Shown one piece after another: positions 1 through 9,160 of a DNA stretch of 64,000 bases. The notes below the pieces were generated by a model. The model made no database searches. It worked only from the letters and a program-made list of their open reading frames with translations, and was not told the DNA's origin. The position numbers and the translations under genes are program-made. Within the stretch, counting starts at the first letter, position 1. The number at the start of each line of letters is the position of its first letter. This DNA is from an uncultured Syntrophaceae bacterium (GTDB lineage: Bacteria > Desulfobacterota > Syntrophia > Syntrophales > UBA2192): assembly GCA_964619035.1 (NCBI GenBank), contig CAZUBX010000005.1, forward strand, positions 2,643 to 66,642, in the 5' to 3' direction.

Positions 1-479
1 CCCCGCTCTACGTGGTGGCCACGGACATCCAGTCGGGAGAGGAAGTCGTTTTCGCCTCGGGCAACACGGGCATGGCGGTCCGGGCGAGCTGCTCCATCCC
101 GGGGATCTTCCGGCCTGTGAAGATCGGCGCAAATACTTACGTCGACGGGGGCCTCGTGAGCCCCGTGGCCGTCGATTATGCCAGGAAGATGGGGGCCGAC
201 CTCGTCATCGCCGTAGACATCTCCACGGGAGCCGACAACGCGCCGCCCCAGACGACGATGGAAACGATCATGCAATCCGTCAGCATCATGTACTCCAAGA
301 TCTCCCAGAACCAGCTTGGCCGTGCCGATGTCGTCATCCGGCCGAAGGTGAGCCACATCGGCGCGACGGACTTCTCCAAGCGTCACGAGGCCGTCTTGGA
401 GGGGGAGAAGGCGGCGCTGGAAGCGATGCCGGCGATTAAGACGGCGTTGGACAGGCTGAGGGCAGAAGGAAGGCTGTAA
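1..479 (+). CDS. patatin-like phospholipase, C-terminal part (5' end outside window)
   Basis: ORF 12..479 stays open to the window edge. ASCSIPGIFRPV and YVDGGLVSPVAV (DGG catalytic Asp box) are typical of patatin/RssA lipases. Confidence 0.8.
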   Translation, partial: PLYVVATDIQSGEEVVFASGNTGMAVRASCSIPGIFRPVKIGANTYVDGGLVSPVAVDYARKMGADLVIAVDISTGADNAPPQTTMETIMQSVSIMYSKISQNQLGRADVVIRPKVSHIGATDFSKRHEAVLEGEKAALEAMPAIKTALDRLRAEGRL

Positions 480-485
480 AAAAGA

Positions 486-528
486 GGGTACTGGGAAAAT
501 GGGAATTGGGTAATGAAAAAGGAAGGGG
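486..528 (+). repeat. G-tract array (GGG every 7-8 nt) just after the patatin stop
   Basis: gggtactgggaaaatgggaattggg, with GGG runs at 486, 493, 501 and 508, then ggaagggg. Same periodic style as the other gene-end arrays. Confidence 0.5.
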
Positions 529-596
529 AGTTTCACCCTCACCTCGGTGCTCTCCCCTCAAGGGAGAGGAAGATTAAGGAAAAGTTTGCTTTAGGC

Positions 597-636
597 AAAA
601 AAAATTGGTGGATGACGGACGGCTCATCCACCAATT
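597..636 (-). terminator. intrinsic terminator (minus strand)
   Basis: Read on the minus strand: 13-bp stem aattggtggatga/tcatccaccaatt (603-615 with 624-636), 8-nt loop, then a U-run (plus-strand A-run 597-602). Confidence 0.7.
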
Positions 637-863
637 CTATGTTAAAAGAGAGGTTGTTCCCCAACCCCCTCCCTTTTCTAACAGGGGGTCGGCGGATGGA
701 AAGGAGGGAACCAAAAACCATCCGCCGATTTACAAACCTAAAGCACGATCCTTGCTGCTAGATATTTATTTTATGAGACCTTTGGAGAGGATCTACCTTT
801 CCGGTTAGATAAAATCTTTATCTCTCTTTTATGTTAAAGGTTCCGTCGTCTAAAGGTCTCGAC
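597..863 (-). ncRNA. candidate sigma54-dependent small RNA, copy A (about 265 nt, no credible ORF)
   Basis: Bounded by the sigma54 promoter 874-889 and the terminator 597-636. Contains a hairpin at 690-727 (10-bp stem) whose loop on the transcribed strand reads UUUUUGGUUCCCUCCUUU. Confidence 0.4.
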
Positions 864-873
864 ATTGTTATAG

Positions 874-889
874 AGCAATAACGATGCCA
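874..889 (-). promoter_or_regulatory. sigma54 (-24/-12) promoter
   Basis: Minus strand reads TGGCATCGTTATTGCT, which matches TGGCAC-N5-TTGCW at TGGCA and TTGCT with exact spacing. 15 of 16 nt are identical to the site at 12298-12313. Confidence 0.55.
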
Positions 890-1021
890 AAAAATAAAAG
901 TTAATTATTGCAGATATTTATGAATTTATCGGCTGATCTTGCGCCAGCCAGACGTTCGCTTATCGCACAAATTGAGGGGGTATTGCCGTGACAAGTGCGG
1001 AAAATCGATGCTTCGCCGGAT

Positions 1022-1056
1022 GTGCCTTATTCGCACGTCATGTGCGAATAAGGCAC
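1022..1056. promoter_or_regulatory. perfect 15-5-15 palindrome (candidate enhancer/UAS; could also act as a transcript-end hairpin of the activator gene)
   Basis: gtgccttattcgcac-gtcat-gtgcgaataaggcac, all 15 pairs complementary. It lies 8 nt after the stop of gene 1064..3241 and about 150 bp upstream of the sigma54 promoter at 874-889. Confidence 0.5.
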
Positions 1057-1063
1057 TATTATA

Positions 1064-3241
1064 TTAAGTACCCGTATCTCCGCCTTTTCCAACCTTTTTC
1101 AATTCACGAATCAGTGCGTACCGGGAGATATTGAGCAGAGCCGCAGCTTTTGTCTTATTGCCTCCGCTCAACTCCAGGGCCCGCTCAAGAATCCGCCCTT
1201 TGATCTTTCCGGTGAGTTTTTCGACGGCACGTTTGTAATCCATCCTGTCCGTTGCCGATATGAGAGGGAGCAGCTCATCGGCGGGAGCGACGGGATCCTG
1301 GGCGGCCGACACTTTCATTTCTGCAGGGATGTTCTCCGGTGTGATGTGACGGCCCACATCGCGAAGGATCATGATCCGCTCGATGATGTTCTTCAGTTCG
1401 CGGACATTCCCGGGCCAGGTGTACCGGCGGAGGATTTCCTCGGCTTCCTTGGTAACTCCCTTGACCTTCTTGTTGAACTTCCGGTTGAACTCCTCCACGT
1501 AGTTGCGTGCCAGCAGCAGGAGATCATCGCCGCGTTCGCGAAGCGGCGGCAGAATGATCGGCACGACACTGATGCGGTAGAAGAGGTCCTCGCGGAATGA
1601 ACCTTCGGCCACCATCTTCGAGAGATCCCGGTTCGTCGCAAAGATGAACCGCACGTCTACAGGGATGGACTCGTTTCCCCCGAGGCGGCGGATGTATCCG
1701 TCCTCGAGCATCCGAAGAAACTTCGCCTGCAGCGGAGGGCTCATGTCGCCGATCTCGTCGAGAAAGAGCGTCCCCCCGCTGGCATACTCGAGAAGACCGA
1801 GTTTGCGCTTCCGGGCATCGGTGAAGGCCCCCGCCTCGTAGCCGAAGAGTTCGCTTTCCAGGAGGGTCCCCGGGATGGCTGCGCAGTTCACGTCGACAAA
1901 GCGTTTCTGGCTCCGGTGACTCTGACGGTGAATGGCGCGGGAAACGAGCTCTTTTCCAGTGCCACTCTCCCCCTGGATGAGGATATTGGTGTCGTGCTTG
2001 GCCACCTCTTCGATGACGTGGAAGATACCGACCATTTTCTTTGACTTGCCCAGGATGTTGTGAAACCCGAGAAGGATGTCTTCCCGCTCCTTGAGCTTCT
2101 CCACCTCCGTCTTGAGCGACTTCGCCTCGATGGAGAGGATGGAGTGCATGATGGCGCTGTCATAGGACGTGGCGGCATTATTGACGAGAATGTCGAGAAC
2201 GTTGATCTGGTCCTGCGAATAGATGCCCGTCCGCATTCCCAGCAGAAGAACCCCCTTGAAGCGGTCTTTCACTTTCAGGGGAATCGCGACCTCCGAGGGA
2301 TAGCCTTCGTAGAGGGGCACGACGGCATCTGAGTCCTCCACGGAGTCCTCATCGGGCTCCTCATCGGGCTTCTGCACCGTGATGGTTTCGCTGTCGAGGG
2401 CCCTGCGGATTATTGTCCGGTCAATCCGGACACCATACTCGCTCTTGTCGTCGATGAACCCCCGCTCCCCGTCATTGATGAAGACGCGGTTCTTCACGAT
2501 GTCGAGGAAATAGATGAGGGCCTTTTCGGCCTTCCCGATCCGAAGGGCGCTTCGGATCAGGATCTCGTGGATCCGCTCGATCGAGTAAGTCGAATTCAGG
2601 TCGGAAACGGCCTCCTGAAGGATGAGCAGCTGTTCGATCTTCTCCCGGTTGATCTCGAAGAGGCGCGTAATGTGGATGATGATACTCACCTGGTTTGCAA
2701 AGGTGAGCAGAATGTCGATCTCGTCGGGGGAAAATCTGGTTTTTTCCTTGGTCCAGACGGCGATGATGCCGATGACGTCGTCTTCGATTTTCAGGGGCGC
2801 ATAGAAGGTGGAACCGCGCTTGTAGAAGGCGGAGATCTTTCGATCCGTCTCCGTCGTGCGGGGGTCCTTCTCCGAGTCCTCGAGAGCGATGTAATGGCCG
2901 GTCTTGGCCACCCGGGTCTCGAAGCTGTCATGTTTTTTCAGGCTCAGGTGTGACGAGTAGGCCTTCTCGGCCTCTTCGTCGCTGTAATTCTTCACGACCC
3001 GAGTGATCAGGTTCTCCCGGCTTTCATCGAGGAGGAGAATGATGCCCCGGTCGAATCCCATGGAGTCCACGACTTCATCGAGAATCTTTCCAAGGATGTC
3101 CGCAACGCTCGAGGGGGCCGTGAGGAATGTGCTGATCTGGAAGATTCCCTTGATCAGCTTGTCCTTGTCGATGCTGAAGGCCGAAGATGTCCTGACGGGA
3201 GGGGGGGGTATCGTTCCACCCTGTTCTATGATTCGCGCCAT
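1064..3241 (-). CDS. sigma54-dependent transcriptional activator with two N-terminal GAF-like domains
   Basis: 725 aa. AAA+ sigma54-interaction module with GESGTGKE Walker A and ESELFGYEAGAFTDA (GAFTGA-loop variant), plus a C-terminal Fis-type HTH NKTKAAALLNISRYALIRELKK. Confidence 0.9.
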   Translation of the reverse strand: MARIIEQGGTIPPPPVRTSSAFSIDKDKLIKGIFQISTFLTAPSSVADILGKILDEVVDSMGFDRGIILLLDESRENLITRVVKNYSDEEAEKAYSSHLSLKKHDSFETRVAKTGHYIALEDSEKDPRTTETDRKISAFYKRGSTFYAPLKIEDDVIGIIAVWTKEKTRFSPDEIDILLTFANQVSIIIHITRLFEINREKIEQLLILQEAVSDLNSTYSIERIHEILIRSALRIGKAEKALIYFLDIVKNRVFINDGERGFIDDKSEYGVRIDRTIIRRALDSETITVQKPDEEPDEDSVEDSDAVVPLYEGYPSEVAIPLKVKDRFKGVLLLGMRTGIYSQDQINVLDILVNNAATSYDSAIMHSILSIEAKSLKTEVEKLKEREDILLGFHNILGKSKKMVGIFHVIEEVAKHDTNILIQGESGTGKELVSRAIHRQSHRSQKRFVDVNCAAIPGTLLESELFGYEAGAFTDARKRKLGLLEYASGGTLFLDEIGDMSPPLQAKFLRMLEDGYIRRLGGNESIPVDVRFIFATNRDLSKMVAEGSFREDLFYRISVVPIILPPLRERGDDLLLLARNYVEEFNRKFNKKVKGVTKEAEEILRRYTWPGNVRELKNIIERIMILRDVGRHITPENIPAEMKVSAAQDPVAPADELLPLISATDRMDYKRAVEKLTGKIKGRILERALELSGGNKTKAAALLNISRYALIRELKKVGKGGDTGT

Positions 3242-3252
3242 GAATCCACCTC

Positions 3253-3287
3253 TTCAGGGGACAGGGTTTAGGGTACAGGGTTCAGAA
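3253..3287 (+). repeat. heptamer array (NNCAGGG)x5
   Basis: ttcaggg gacaggg tttaggg tacaggg ttcagaa, strict 7-nt period. Confidence 0.8.
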
Positions 3288-3427
3288 TATCGGGATAAAC
3301 ACAGAGAACCCGCCGAGAGGCTCACCCACATTCCCCGGGCTTATCTGTCAGAGACGGGGAGTATCGCGGTTTATAGCAGGGTGCTTGCTCTTTTTCAACC
3401 TTTTCCGTGCGAAACGTGCACACACGG

Positions 3428-3560
3428 AAGAGGGTTCAGGGGACAGGGTTCAGGGTCCAGGGAATGAGGGACGAGGAAGAAGTGCCTGAGTGCCGGAGAA
3501 AAGAAGTGGCTAGTGGTCTGTGTCTAGTAAAAAAGAGGGATTGAGGATTCGGGTTTCGGG
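3428..3560 (+). repeat. mosaic of several array flavours
   Basis: CAGGG heptamers at 3432-3462. Next come ggaatgagggacgagg, gaagaagtgcctgagtgcc (3476-3494), gaagtggctagtggtctgtgtctagt (3503-3528) and gattgaggattcgggtttcggg. Each has homologs at other loci in the window. Confidence 0.75.
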
Positions 3561-3561
3561 T

Positions 3562-3598
3562 GAAAGAAAAAGCCCCTGAACCGAAACGGCCGGGGCTT
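3562..3598 (-). terminator. probable intrinsic terminator of the EF-G gene
   Basis: Minus strand: agcccc/ggggct stem with an inner ccg/cgg helix, followed by uuuucuuuc. It sits about 60 nt after the EF-G stop. Confidence 0.45.
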
Positions 3599-3603
3599 TG
3601 CTG

Positions 3604-3652
3604 ATTCTATTTCTATTTCTTCCCTGTACCCGATACCCTGGACCCTATGCCC
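3604..3652 (-). repeat. heptamer array, reverse orientation (GGGNNNN on the minus strand)
   Basis: Plus strand tcttccc tgtaccc gataccc tggaccc tatgccc. It starts 4 nt after the EF-G stop codon. Confidence 0.8.
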
Positions 3653-3655
3653 GTT

Positions 3656-5686
3656 TCAGGCCGTGTCGTATCGGAGGAACTGCATGGTGAAAATCGCCCT
3701 CCCCTGGGTGGCGGAGCGCAGCTCCGTCGAATACCCGAAGAGTGACCTCAGAGGCACATGCGCCCGGATCTCGGTGACGGGCCCCTTGGGCGCAACGGAA
3801 TCCACTTCCCCCTTCCGGGCATTGATGTCGCCGATGACCTCGCCCATGAAGTCCCTGGGGGTGAGGATGTCGACGCGCATGATCGGCTCCAGGAGAACCG
3901 GGTCTGCCTTGGCGCAGCCATCCTTGAAAGCCGTTGCCGCAGCGATCTTGTACCCCACGGGTGAGGCTTCCCCTTCCTTGAAGGACCCTCCGGTAATGCG
4001 TATTCTCACGTCCAGCACGGGATAACCCGCAAGGACACCGCTGAAAACGGCCTCCCCGAGAGACTCCTCGATGACGGGATGGAATTCCACTGGAATGGTC
4101 TCGGGCGCAAGCTCGTTTCGGATCTCGATCCCGGTGCCCCGCGGCAGGGGCTCCAGGATGAGCTTCACATGACCGAAATGCTTCTTCTCGCCCAGCTCGC
4201 GTTCGAAGCGCCCGTCGATCTCGACCGTTTTCTGAATCGTCTCGCGGTAAACGACACGCGGCTTTCCCACGTTGACATGGATGTTGTACTCGCGCAGGAG
4301 CCTGTCCACGACAATCTCGAGATGAAGCTCACCCATCCCCGAAATGATCGTCTGGGCCGTCTCCTCGTCATACTTCACCTTGAGGGTGGGGTCTTCCTCG
4401 GAGATCTTGGCGAGCGCCTCGGGCAGCTTGTCCTGATCGGCAGGGGTCTTCGCCTCGATGGCCTGGCCGATGACGGGGTTATAGAACTCGATGGACTCCA
4501 GGATGATGGGCTTGGACTCCTGGCAGAGCGTGTCCCCGGTGGTGCTGTCCTTGAGCCCCGCGATGGCGATGATGTCCCCCGCGCCGGCCACGTCGATGCG
4601 CTCGCGCTTATTGGCGTGCATCTTCAGCAGCCGGGCCACCTTTTCCTTTTTCCCTTTCGTGGCGTTGAAGACTTCGTCGCCTGCTTTCAGGAGCCCCGAG
4701 TAGATGCGGGCATAGATGATCTTGCGACCCTCCATCATGGACACCTTGAAGGCCAGCGCCGAAAAGGGCTCCCTGTCGTTTGCCGCTCGGCTCTCCTCGG
4801 TCTTGGTGACGGGGTTGAGCCCCTTCACGGGCGGTACGTCCTCCGGCGACGGGAGGAAATCGATGACGGCATCCAGGATGGGCTGGACCCCCTTGTTTCG
4901 CAGCGCCGCCCCGCACAGGACGGGCACGAGCTTGAGCGACACGGTGGCCTTGCGGATGGCCCGGAGCAACTCGGCATCGGGGATGGGAATCTCTCCCAGG
5001 TATTTATCGGCGATTTCGTCGTCGACCTCGGCAAGCGTCTCCAGCAGCTGTTCCCGCCTGGCCTGCGCTTCGTCACGGACATCCCCCGGAACCTCGGACA
5101 CATCGAAGGCAGCCCCCAGGGTGCCTTCCTGCCAGGTAATGAGCCGCATGCGGATCAGATCGACGATGCCCCGAAAATTCTCCGCCTCGCCGAGGGGAAC
5201 CTGGACGGGCAGCGGCCTGGACGCAAAGCGCTCCTGCATCATCGCGATGGCCCCGAAGTAGTCGGCGCCGATGCGGTCCATCTTGTTGATGAAGGCGATC
5301 TTGGGGACCCCGTATTTGTCGGCCTGGTGCCATACGGTCTCGGACTGGGGCTCGACTCCGTCCACGGCCGAAAAGACGACCACGGCTCCATCGAGAACCC
5401 TGAGGCTACGCTCCACCTCGATGGTGAAGTCAACGTGCCCCGGCGTGTCGATGATGTGGATCTCGTGGTTTTTCCAGTCGCAGGTGGTCACGGCGGAGGT
5501 GATCGTGATGCCGCGTTCCTGCTCCTGGGGCATCCAGTCCATGACGGCCTCGCCGTCGTGCACCTCGCCCATCTTGTAGGACTTGCCCGTGTAGAATAGA
5601 ATCCGCTCCGTCACGGTTGTCTTTCCCGCATCGATGTGGGCGACAACGCCGATGTTACGGATTCTTGACAGCTTCACTCTTGCCAT
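3656..5686 (-). CDS. fusA: elongation factor G family GTPase (short EF-G paralog)
   Basis: AHIDAGKTT (G1), DTPGHVDF (G3) and NKMD (G4), with EF-G domains II-V recognisable. ATG at 5686 is preferred over TTG at 5692. Confidence 0.9.
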   Translation of the reverse strand: MARVKLSRIRNIGVVAHIDAGKTTVTERILFYTGKSYKMGEVHDGEAVMDWMPQEQERGITITSAVTTCDWKNHEIHIIDTPGHVDFTIEVERSLRVLDGAVVVFSAVDGVEPQSETVWHQADKYGVPKIAFINKMDRIGADYFGAIAMMQERFASRPLPVQVPLGEAENFRGIVDLIRMRLITWQEGTLGAAFDVSEVPGDVRDEAQARREQLLETLAEVDDEIADKYLGEIPIPDAELLRAIRKATVSLKLVPVLCGAALRNKGVQPILDAVIDFLPSPEDVPPVKGLNPVTKTEESRAANDREPFSALAFKVSMMEGRKIIYARIYSGLLKAGDEVFNATKGKKEKVARLLKMHANKRERIDVAGAGDIIAIAGLKDSTTGDTLCQESKPIILESIEFYNPVIGQAIEAKTPADQDKLPEALAKISEEDPTLKVKYDEETAQTIISGMGELHLEIVVDRLLREYNIHVNVGKPRVVYRETIQKTVEIDGRFERELGEKKHFGHVKLILEPLPRGTGIEIRNELAPETIPVEFHPVIEESLGEAVFSGVLAGYPVLDVRIRITGGSFKEGEASPVGYKIAAATAFKDGCAKADPVLLEPIMRVDILTPRDFMGEVIGDINARKGEVDSVAPKGPVTEIRAHVPLRSLFGYSTELRSATQGRAIFTMQFLRYDTA

Positions 5687-5772
5687 GGGCAAAACCAGTC
5701 CTGTCCGGTTGTAACCATCGTTTCGGCTTCTGCAGGGCGGGCATTCCTTCGCAACCCGTCGTGGAAGGCCCC

Positions 5773-6390
5773 CTAACCGCCGGCTGCCGTCTGCTTCACG
5801 AGATCCTTGTTCGGGGAAATGGGTTCCCGGAGATCGACATGCCCCTTGAGGGTCGTGACGTCCTTGCCGCCGACCTGGAACCGGACCCTCTTGATCTCCG
5901 TGAGATTCTGGGTGAGCGTGTTTGCCAGCGAGTAGACCGTGGCCACTTCGCTGGCCGTCCCGCCGGGGTGTTGCTCGATGAAGGGGTTGTCGAAATTCAG
6001 GGTTGCCGTGCCATCGGTGATGCGAATGCCCTGCAGCCTGGTCCCTGCCGGAATCGTCCGGACCTGCCCCATCTTCGGCCCCTCGATGAGGGCCCTCACG
6101 ATTTCCTCGGCCTGGGCGGCCGTGTTCTTCCCCTTGGGGACAAGCCGCTTTTCCGCGACGAGGAACCGCTCGTTGGCATCGGAAAAGTAGAGCACCACTT
6201 CCTTCCTCTCCCGTTTTGCCGCCGCTTCTTCGGCGTCAGGCGGAAAGATGGTATCCGAGAGCGCCCAGAACATAAATGCCAGGAATCCGCCGCCGATGAG
6301 GACGGCGCCGAGAATGAAGAACACCCTGAAGGTCTTCTTTTTTTTCCGCGTCTTGAATTCGTCGGTTCGTCGCTGTCTCTTGCTCGCCAT
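5773..6390 (-). CDS. GerMN domain-containing membrane-anchored protein
   Basis: Basic N-terminus plus one TM helix, then a GerMN-like core (VVLYFSD...ALIEGP...IPAGTRL...TATLNF...VRFQVGG). Confidence 0.7.
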   Translation of the reverse strand: MASKRQRRTDEFKTRKKKKTFRVFFILGAVLIGGGFLAFMFWALSDTIFPPDAEEAAAKRERKEVVLYFSDANERFLVAEKRLVPKGKNTAAQAEEIVRALIEGPKMGQVRTIPAGTRLQGIRITDGTATLNFDNPFIEQHPGGTASEVATVYSLANTLTQNLTEIKRVRFQVGGKDVTTLKGHVDLREPISPNKDLVKQTAAGG

Positions 6391-6425
6391 ATCCGCTCAG
6401 TTCCGCCGGCCCGCTCTCATCGGGG

Positions 6426-7193
6426 CTACAGCCTTTTGAGATTCTCCCTGGATTTCACCGCCCAGTCCGACTCGGGGGCCAGCTGGATGACCTTCTTGAA
6501 CGACTCGGCGGCCTCCTTTCGCTTGCTCAACTGCATCTGGGTCATTCCGAGCCAGTAATGCGTCTCGGCGATATTGGACGCCCGTTGAATGGACCGGGTC
6601 AGATGCTTTTCCGCTTCCTGGTATGAACCCTCCTGGTAATCGATGACCCCCAGGTTGAGCTCCAGCGCAAATATCAGATGGCCGTTGGGCTCTTTCCGGA
6701 TGGCCTCGCTGAAGCTGGCGTAGGCCCCCTTCAGGTCCCCCTTTGCCTTGTAGGCCCTGCCCCTATTATAGAGAGGCACGGACGGAGTCTCGTATAGAGG
6801 GTTGACCAGCGCCCGGTTGAAGGACACGATGGCCTCATCGTATTCTCCCCGCGACAGGTAAATCGTCCCCAGGAAGTTGTTCGCCTCTGAATAATCGGGC
6901 TTCAGGGCAATGGCCTTCTGGAACTCCCTGAAGGCATCATCGACAAACCCCTTTCGCTCGTAGGCGATCCCCATGTAGTAGTGCACCTTGGGGTCATTGG
7001 GGGTCAGCTTTTCGGCCTCCATGAGCTCCTTCAACGCCTGCGTGTACTGGCCGGCCTGGATGTTCGCCTCCCCGATGCGGAGGAACCCACCGGCCTTTTC
7101 CTTGAGTTCCGCATCCGTGGTGCAGCCGGCAAAAACAGTTGCCAGGAGCGCAAGCCCGGCGAGTCCCGTCTTCCATGAAAGGGTTCTTTTCAT
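6426..7193 (-). CDS. TPR-repeat lipoprotein (PilW/PilF-like)
   Basis: Signal peptide with lipobox VFAGC, followed by about 6 TPR repeats (AYERKG, LGTIYLSRGEYDEA and others). Confidence 0.7.
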   Translation of the reverse strand: MKRTLSWKTGLAGLALLATVFAGCTTDAELKEKAGGFLRIGEANIQAGQYTQALKELMEAEKLTPNDPKVHYYMGIAYERKGFVDDAFREFQKAIALKPDYSEANNFLGTIYLSRGEYDEAIVSFNRALVNPLYETPSVPLYNRGRAYKAKGDLKGAYASFSEAIRKEPNGHLIFALELNLGVIDYQEGSYQEAEKHLTRSIQRASNIAETHYWLGMTQMQLSKRKEAAESFKKVIQLAPESDWAVKSRENLKRL

Positions 7194-7208
7194 TTCTTTT
7201 TCCTCATC

Positions 7209-7784
7209 TTATTTCCGGTTGCCGTTGACCCACCAGTCACTCTTGTCCCTGAACCACCACTGTGTCCAGTCCGTCTGGAGGATCGTGTCGGCCAGCTTTC
7301 TCCCCTGATCCGTGCAGAGCCGGCGGACGGCGATGTTCAGCCATTCCTGGCTGTACTGGTTGCCCAGATCCCCGTACTCCTTGAGCTGCAGGATGAGGCC
7401 GAGCTGATCGGCATCGTGAGCCAGCAGGGCTTCCCTCGTCTTTTTCTCGTTGAACTCCTCGAGGACGGCCCGGATCTCGCCGCCGAAGGGCAGGTGTTCC
7501 GTCAGCTCCCGGACGGCCTTCTCCTCGTCGACGGTGACGTACTTCTTGTACATGTAATTCTGGTCGCCCGTCCTTGCCTCGGGAAGGTCGTGAACAAGGC
7601 ACATCCGGAGCACCTTCAGCTCGTCCGCGGCGGGATCGAGCTTGCAGAGCGAATAGCCGATGAAGAGAGTTCTCAGGATGTGCTCTGCGACGGACTCTTT
7701 TCCTGAACCGAGAAACCGAAACCCCGTGCGCGGGGTCTTGTTCAGCATGCCTACTTCGAATAGAAAGTTTGCGATTTCCTCCAT
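7209..7784 (-). CDS. HD-domain phosphohydrolase (YfbR-like 5'-deoxynucleotidase family)
   Basis: ESVAEH...LVHDLPEARTGD...HDAD metal-binding HD signature, 191 aa. Confidence 0.8.
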   Translation of the reverse strand: MEEIANFLFEVGMLNKTPRTGFRFLGSGKESVAEHILRTLFIGYSLCKLDPAADELKVLRMCLVHDLPEARTGDQNYMYKKYVTVDEEKAVRELTEHLPFGGEIRAVLEEFNEKKTREALLAHDADQLGLILQLKEYGDLGNQYSQEWLNIAVRRLCTDQGRKLADTILQTDWTQWWFRDKSDWWVNGNRK

Positions 7785-7785
7785 C

Positions 7786-7995
7786 TCATCCCTTCTTCAA
7801 GGTACTGACCCGGTTTGCCATGTTCTCGGAGAGCTTGCGGATCTCGAGCTGCAGCGGGGCGATCCCCTCGGGCCTCATGGCATAGATCCGGTCCAGGCGT
7901 TCCCTCCAGTGCTCGATCACGGAGATCTCGTGTTCCCTGAGCTTCTGTTCGAACTTCTTCTGCACTTCCTTCACGAACTCGGCGTCTCTGGACAT
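7786..7995 (-). CDS. small hypothetical helical protein (69 aa)
   Basis: Internal ATG at 7995 of ORF 7786..8244. Its stop abuts the HD gene start (7784). The long upstream extension is Arg/Ala-rich and implausible. Confidence 0.4.
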   Translation of the reverse strand: MSRDAEFVKEVQKKFEQKLREHEISVIEHWRERLDRIYAMRPEGIAPLQLEIRKLSENMANRVSTLKKG

Positions 7996-8390
7996 GGAAC
8001 CCCTTTCTCCGTCTCCGGGCGAATCCGCCGCCCACGGTGCAAGCCGGGTGCTAATCCTAGATACTATACCAGCAACACCCCATCTTGCAAGCTGGAATCT
8101 GGCAACGGGGGAGGTACGGACAGGTGCTTTCACGGACAGAGGACCGCCGCAGCGGACCGAATGTGCACGAAGGCCGAACGCCGCGGAGCACCCCGCCGAT
8201 CCTGCAGCTTCAGTTGCGCCCGTACACGACCGAGCGCCGCTCACAGAGCGGCCTCTGCATGAAATCCCCGCTCATAATTTCATTGACAAAGAGAGGTCTT
8301 TTATGCAAGTGTCGCCACTTAGCGAACCGCCCTTCGGACTTTCCCGGGGCGTGCCACGGAGATCGCAGAGACAGGAGATCAACCCACACC

Positions 8391-9092
8391 GTGAATCCGG
8401 ATCTGCTGGGACATATCAGCTTCAGTTGGGAGTTCGTCGTCGCCCTCCTGAGTATCGTCTTGATCGACCTCATCCTCGCAGGGGACAATGCCGTGGTCAT
8501 TGCCATGGCGGTGCGCACCCTTCCCCGCAAGCAGCGCCAGAAGGGAATCATGCTCGGCGCCGGCGCCGCGGTTCTCCTGCGGGTCGTTCTCACCTTCTTC
8601 GCGGCCCAGCTCCTGCAGACCCCCTACGTGAAGTTCATCGGGGGTCTTTTCATCCTATGGATCGCCGTGAAGCTCTTTGTCGAGGGATCGCCGGGAGAGG
8701 AAGTCCACCGGGAGGCCAGCACGGTCTGGCAGGCCCTGTGGGTCATCGTCGTGGCCGACATCACCATGTCCGTCGACAATGTGCTGGCCGTGGCGGGAGC
8801 ATCGAAGGGCAATCTCTTCCTGCTCATTTTCGGACTCGGGCTGAGCATCCCCTTCGTCGTCTTCACGAGCAGCCTGCTGTCCATGCTGATGGACAAGTAC
8901 CCTTACATCATCTATATTGGGGCTGCCATCCTCGGCAAGGTCGGGGCGGAAATGATCTTCACGGACCCCGTCATCGTGGAGCATTTCAACCCCTCGGTGT
9001 TTTTCCAGTACGCGATGGAGGCCCTCTTCGCAGTCGGGGTCATCGGCATCGGAAAGCTCTGGGTTCACTGGAAGATCTCGTCGAGGAAATGA
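8391..9092 (+). CDS. TerC/YjbE family integral membrane protein
   Basis: Duplicated DNAVVIA / DNVLAVA motifs in a TM-rich protein. GTG at 8391 follows aggag (8373-8377). The N-terminal 102 codons of the ORF look non-coding. Confidence 0.8.
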   Translation: MNPDLLGHISFSWEFVVALLSIVLIDLILAGDNAVVIAMAVRTLPRKQRQKGIMLGAGAAVLLRVVLTFFAAQLLQTPYVKFIGGLFILWIAVKLFVEGSPGEEVHREASTVWQALWVIVVADITMSVDNVLAVAGASKGNLFLLIFGLGLSIPFVVFTSSLLSMLMDKYPYIIYIGAAILGKVGAEMIFTDPVIVEHFNPSVFFQYAMEALFAVGVIGIGKLWVHWKISSRK

Positions 9093-9160
9093 CCGCCCCA
9101 CGCATTTCGGCGCCATCCGTATCATGCACATCCACCCCCAACCTGCAGGGACTCGCAGCC

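Noticed and set aside
8245-8390. Possible yybP-ykoY (Mn2+) riboswitch upstream of the TerC-family gene
   Set aside because: TerC genes often carry this riboswitch, and a UUGACA...GAGAGGUCUUU stretch is present. However, the conserved 5' GGGGAGUAG element and the AGCAAGACC-type 3' element are absent, so the motif is not supported. An Infernal scan with RF00080 would settle it.
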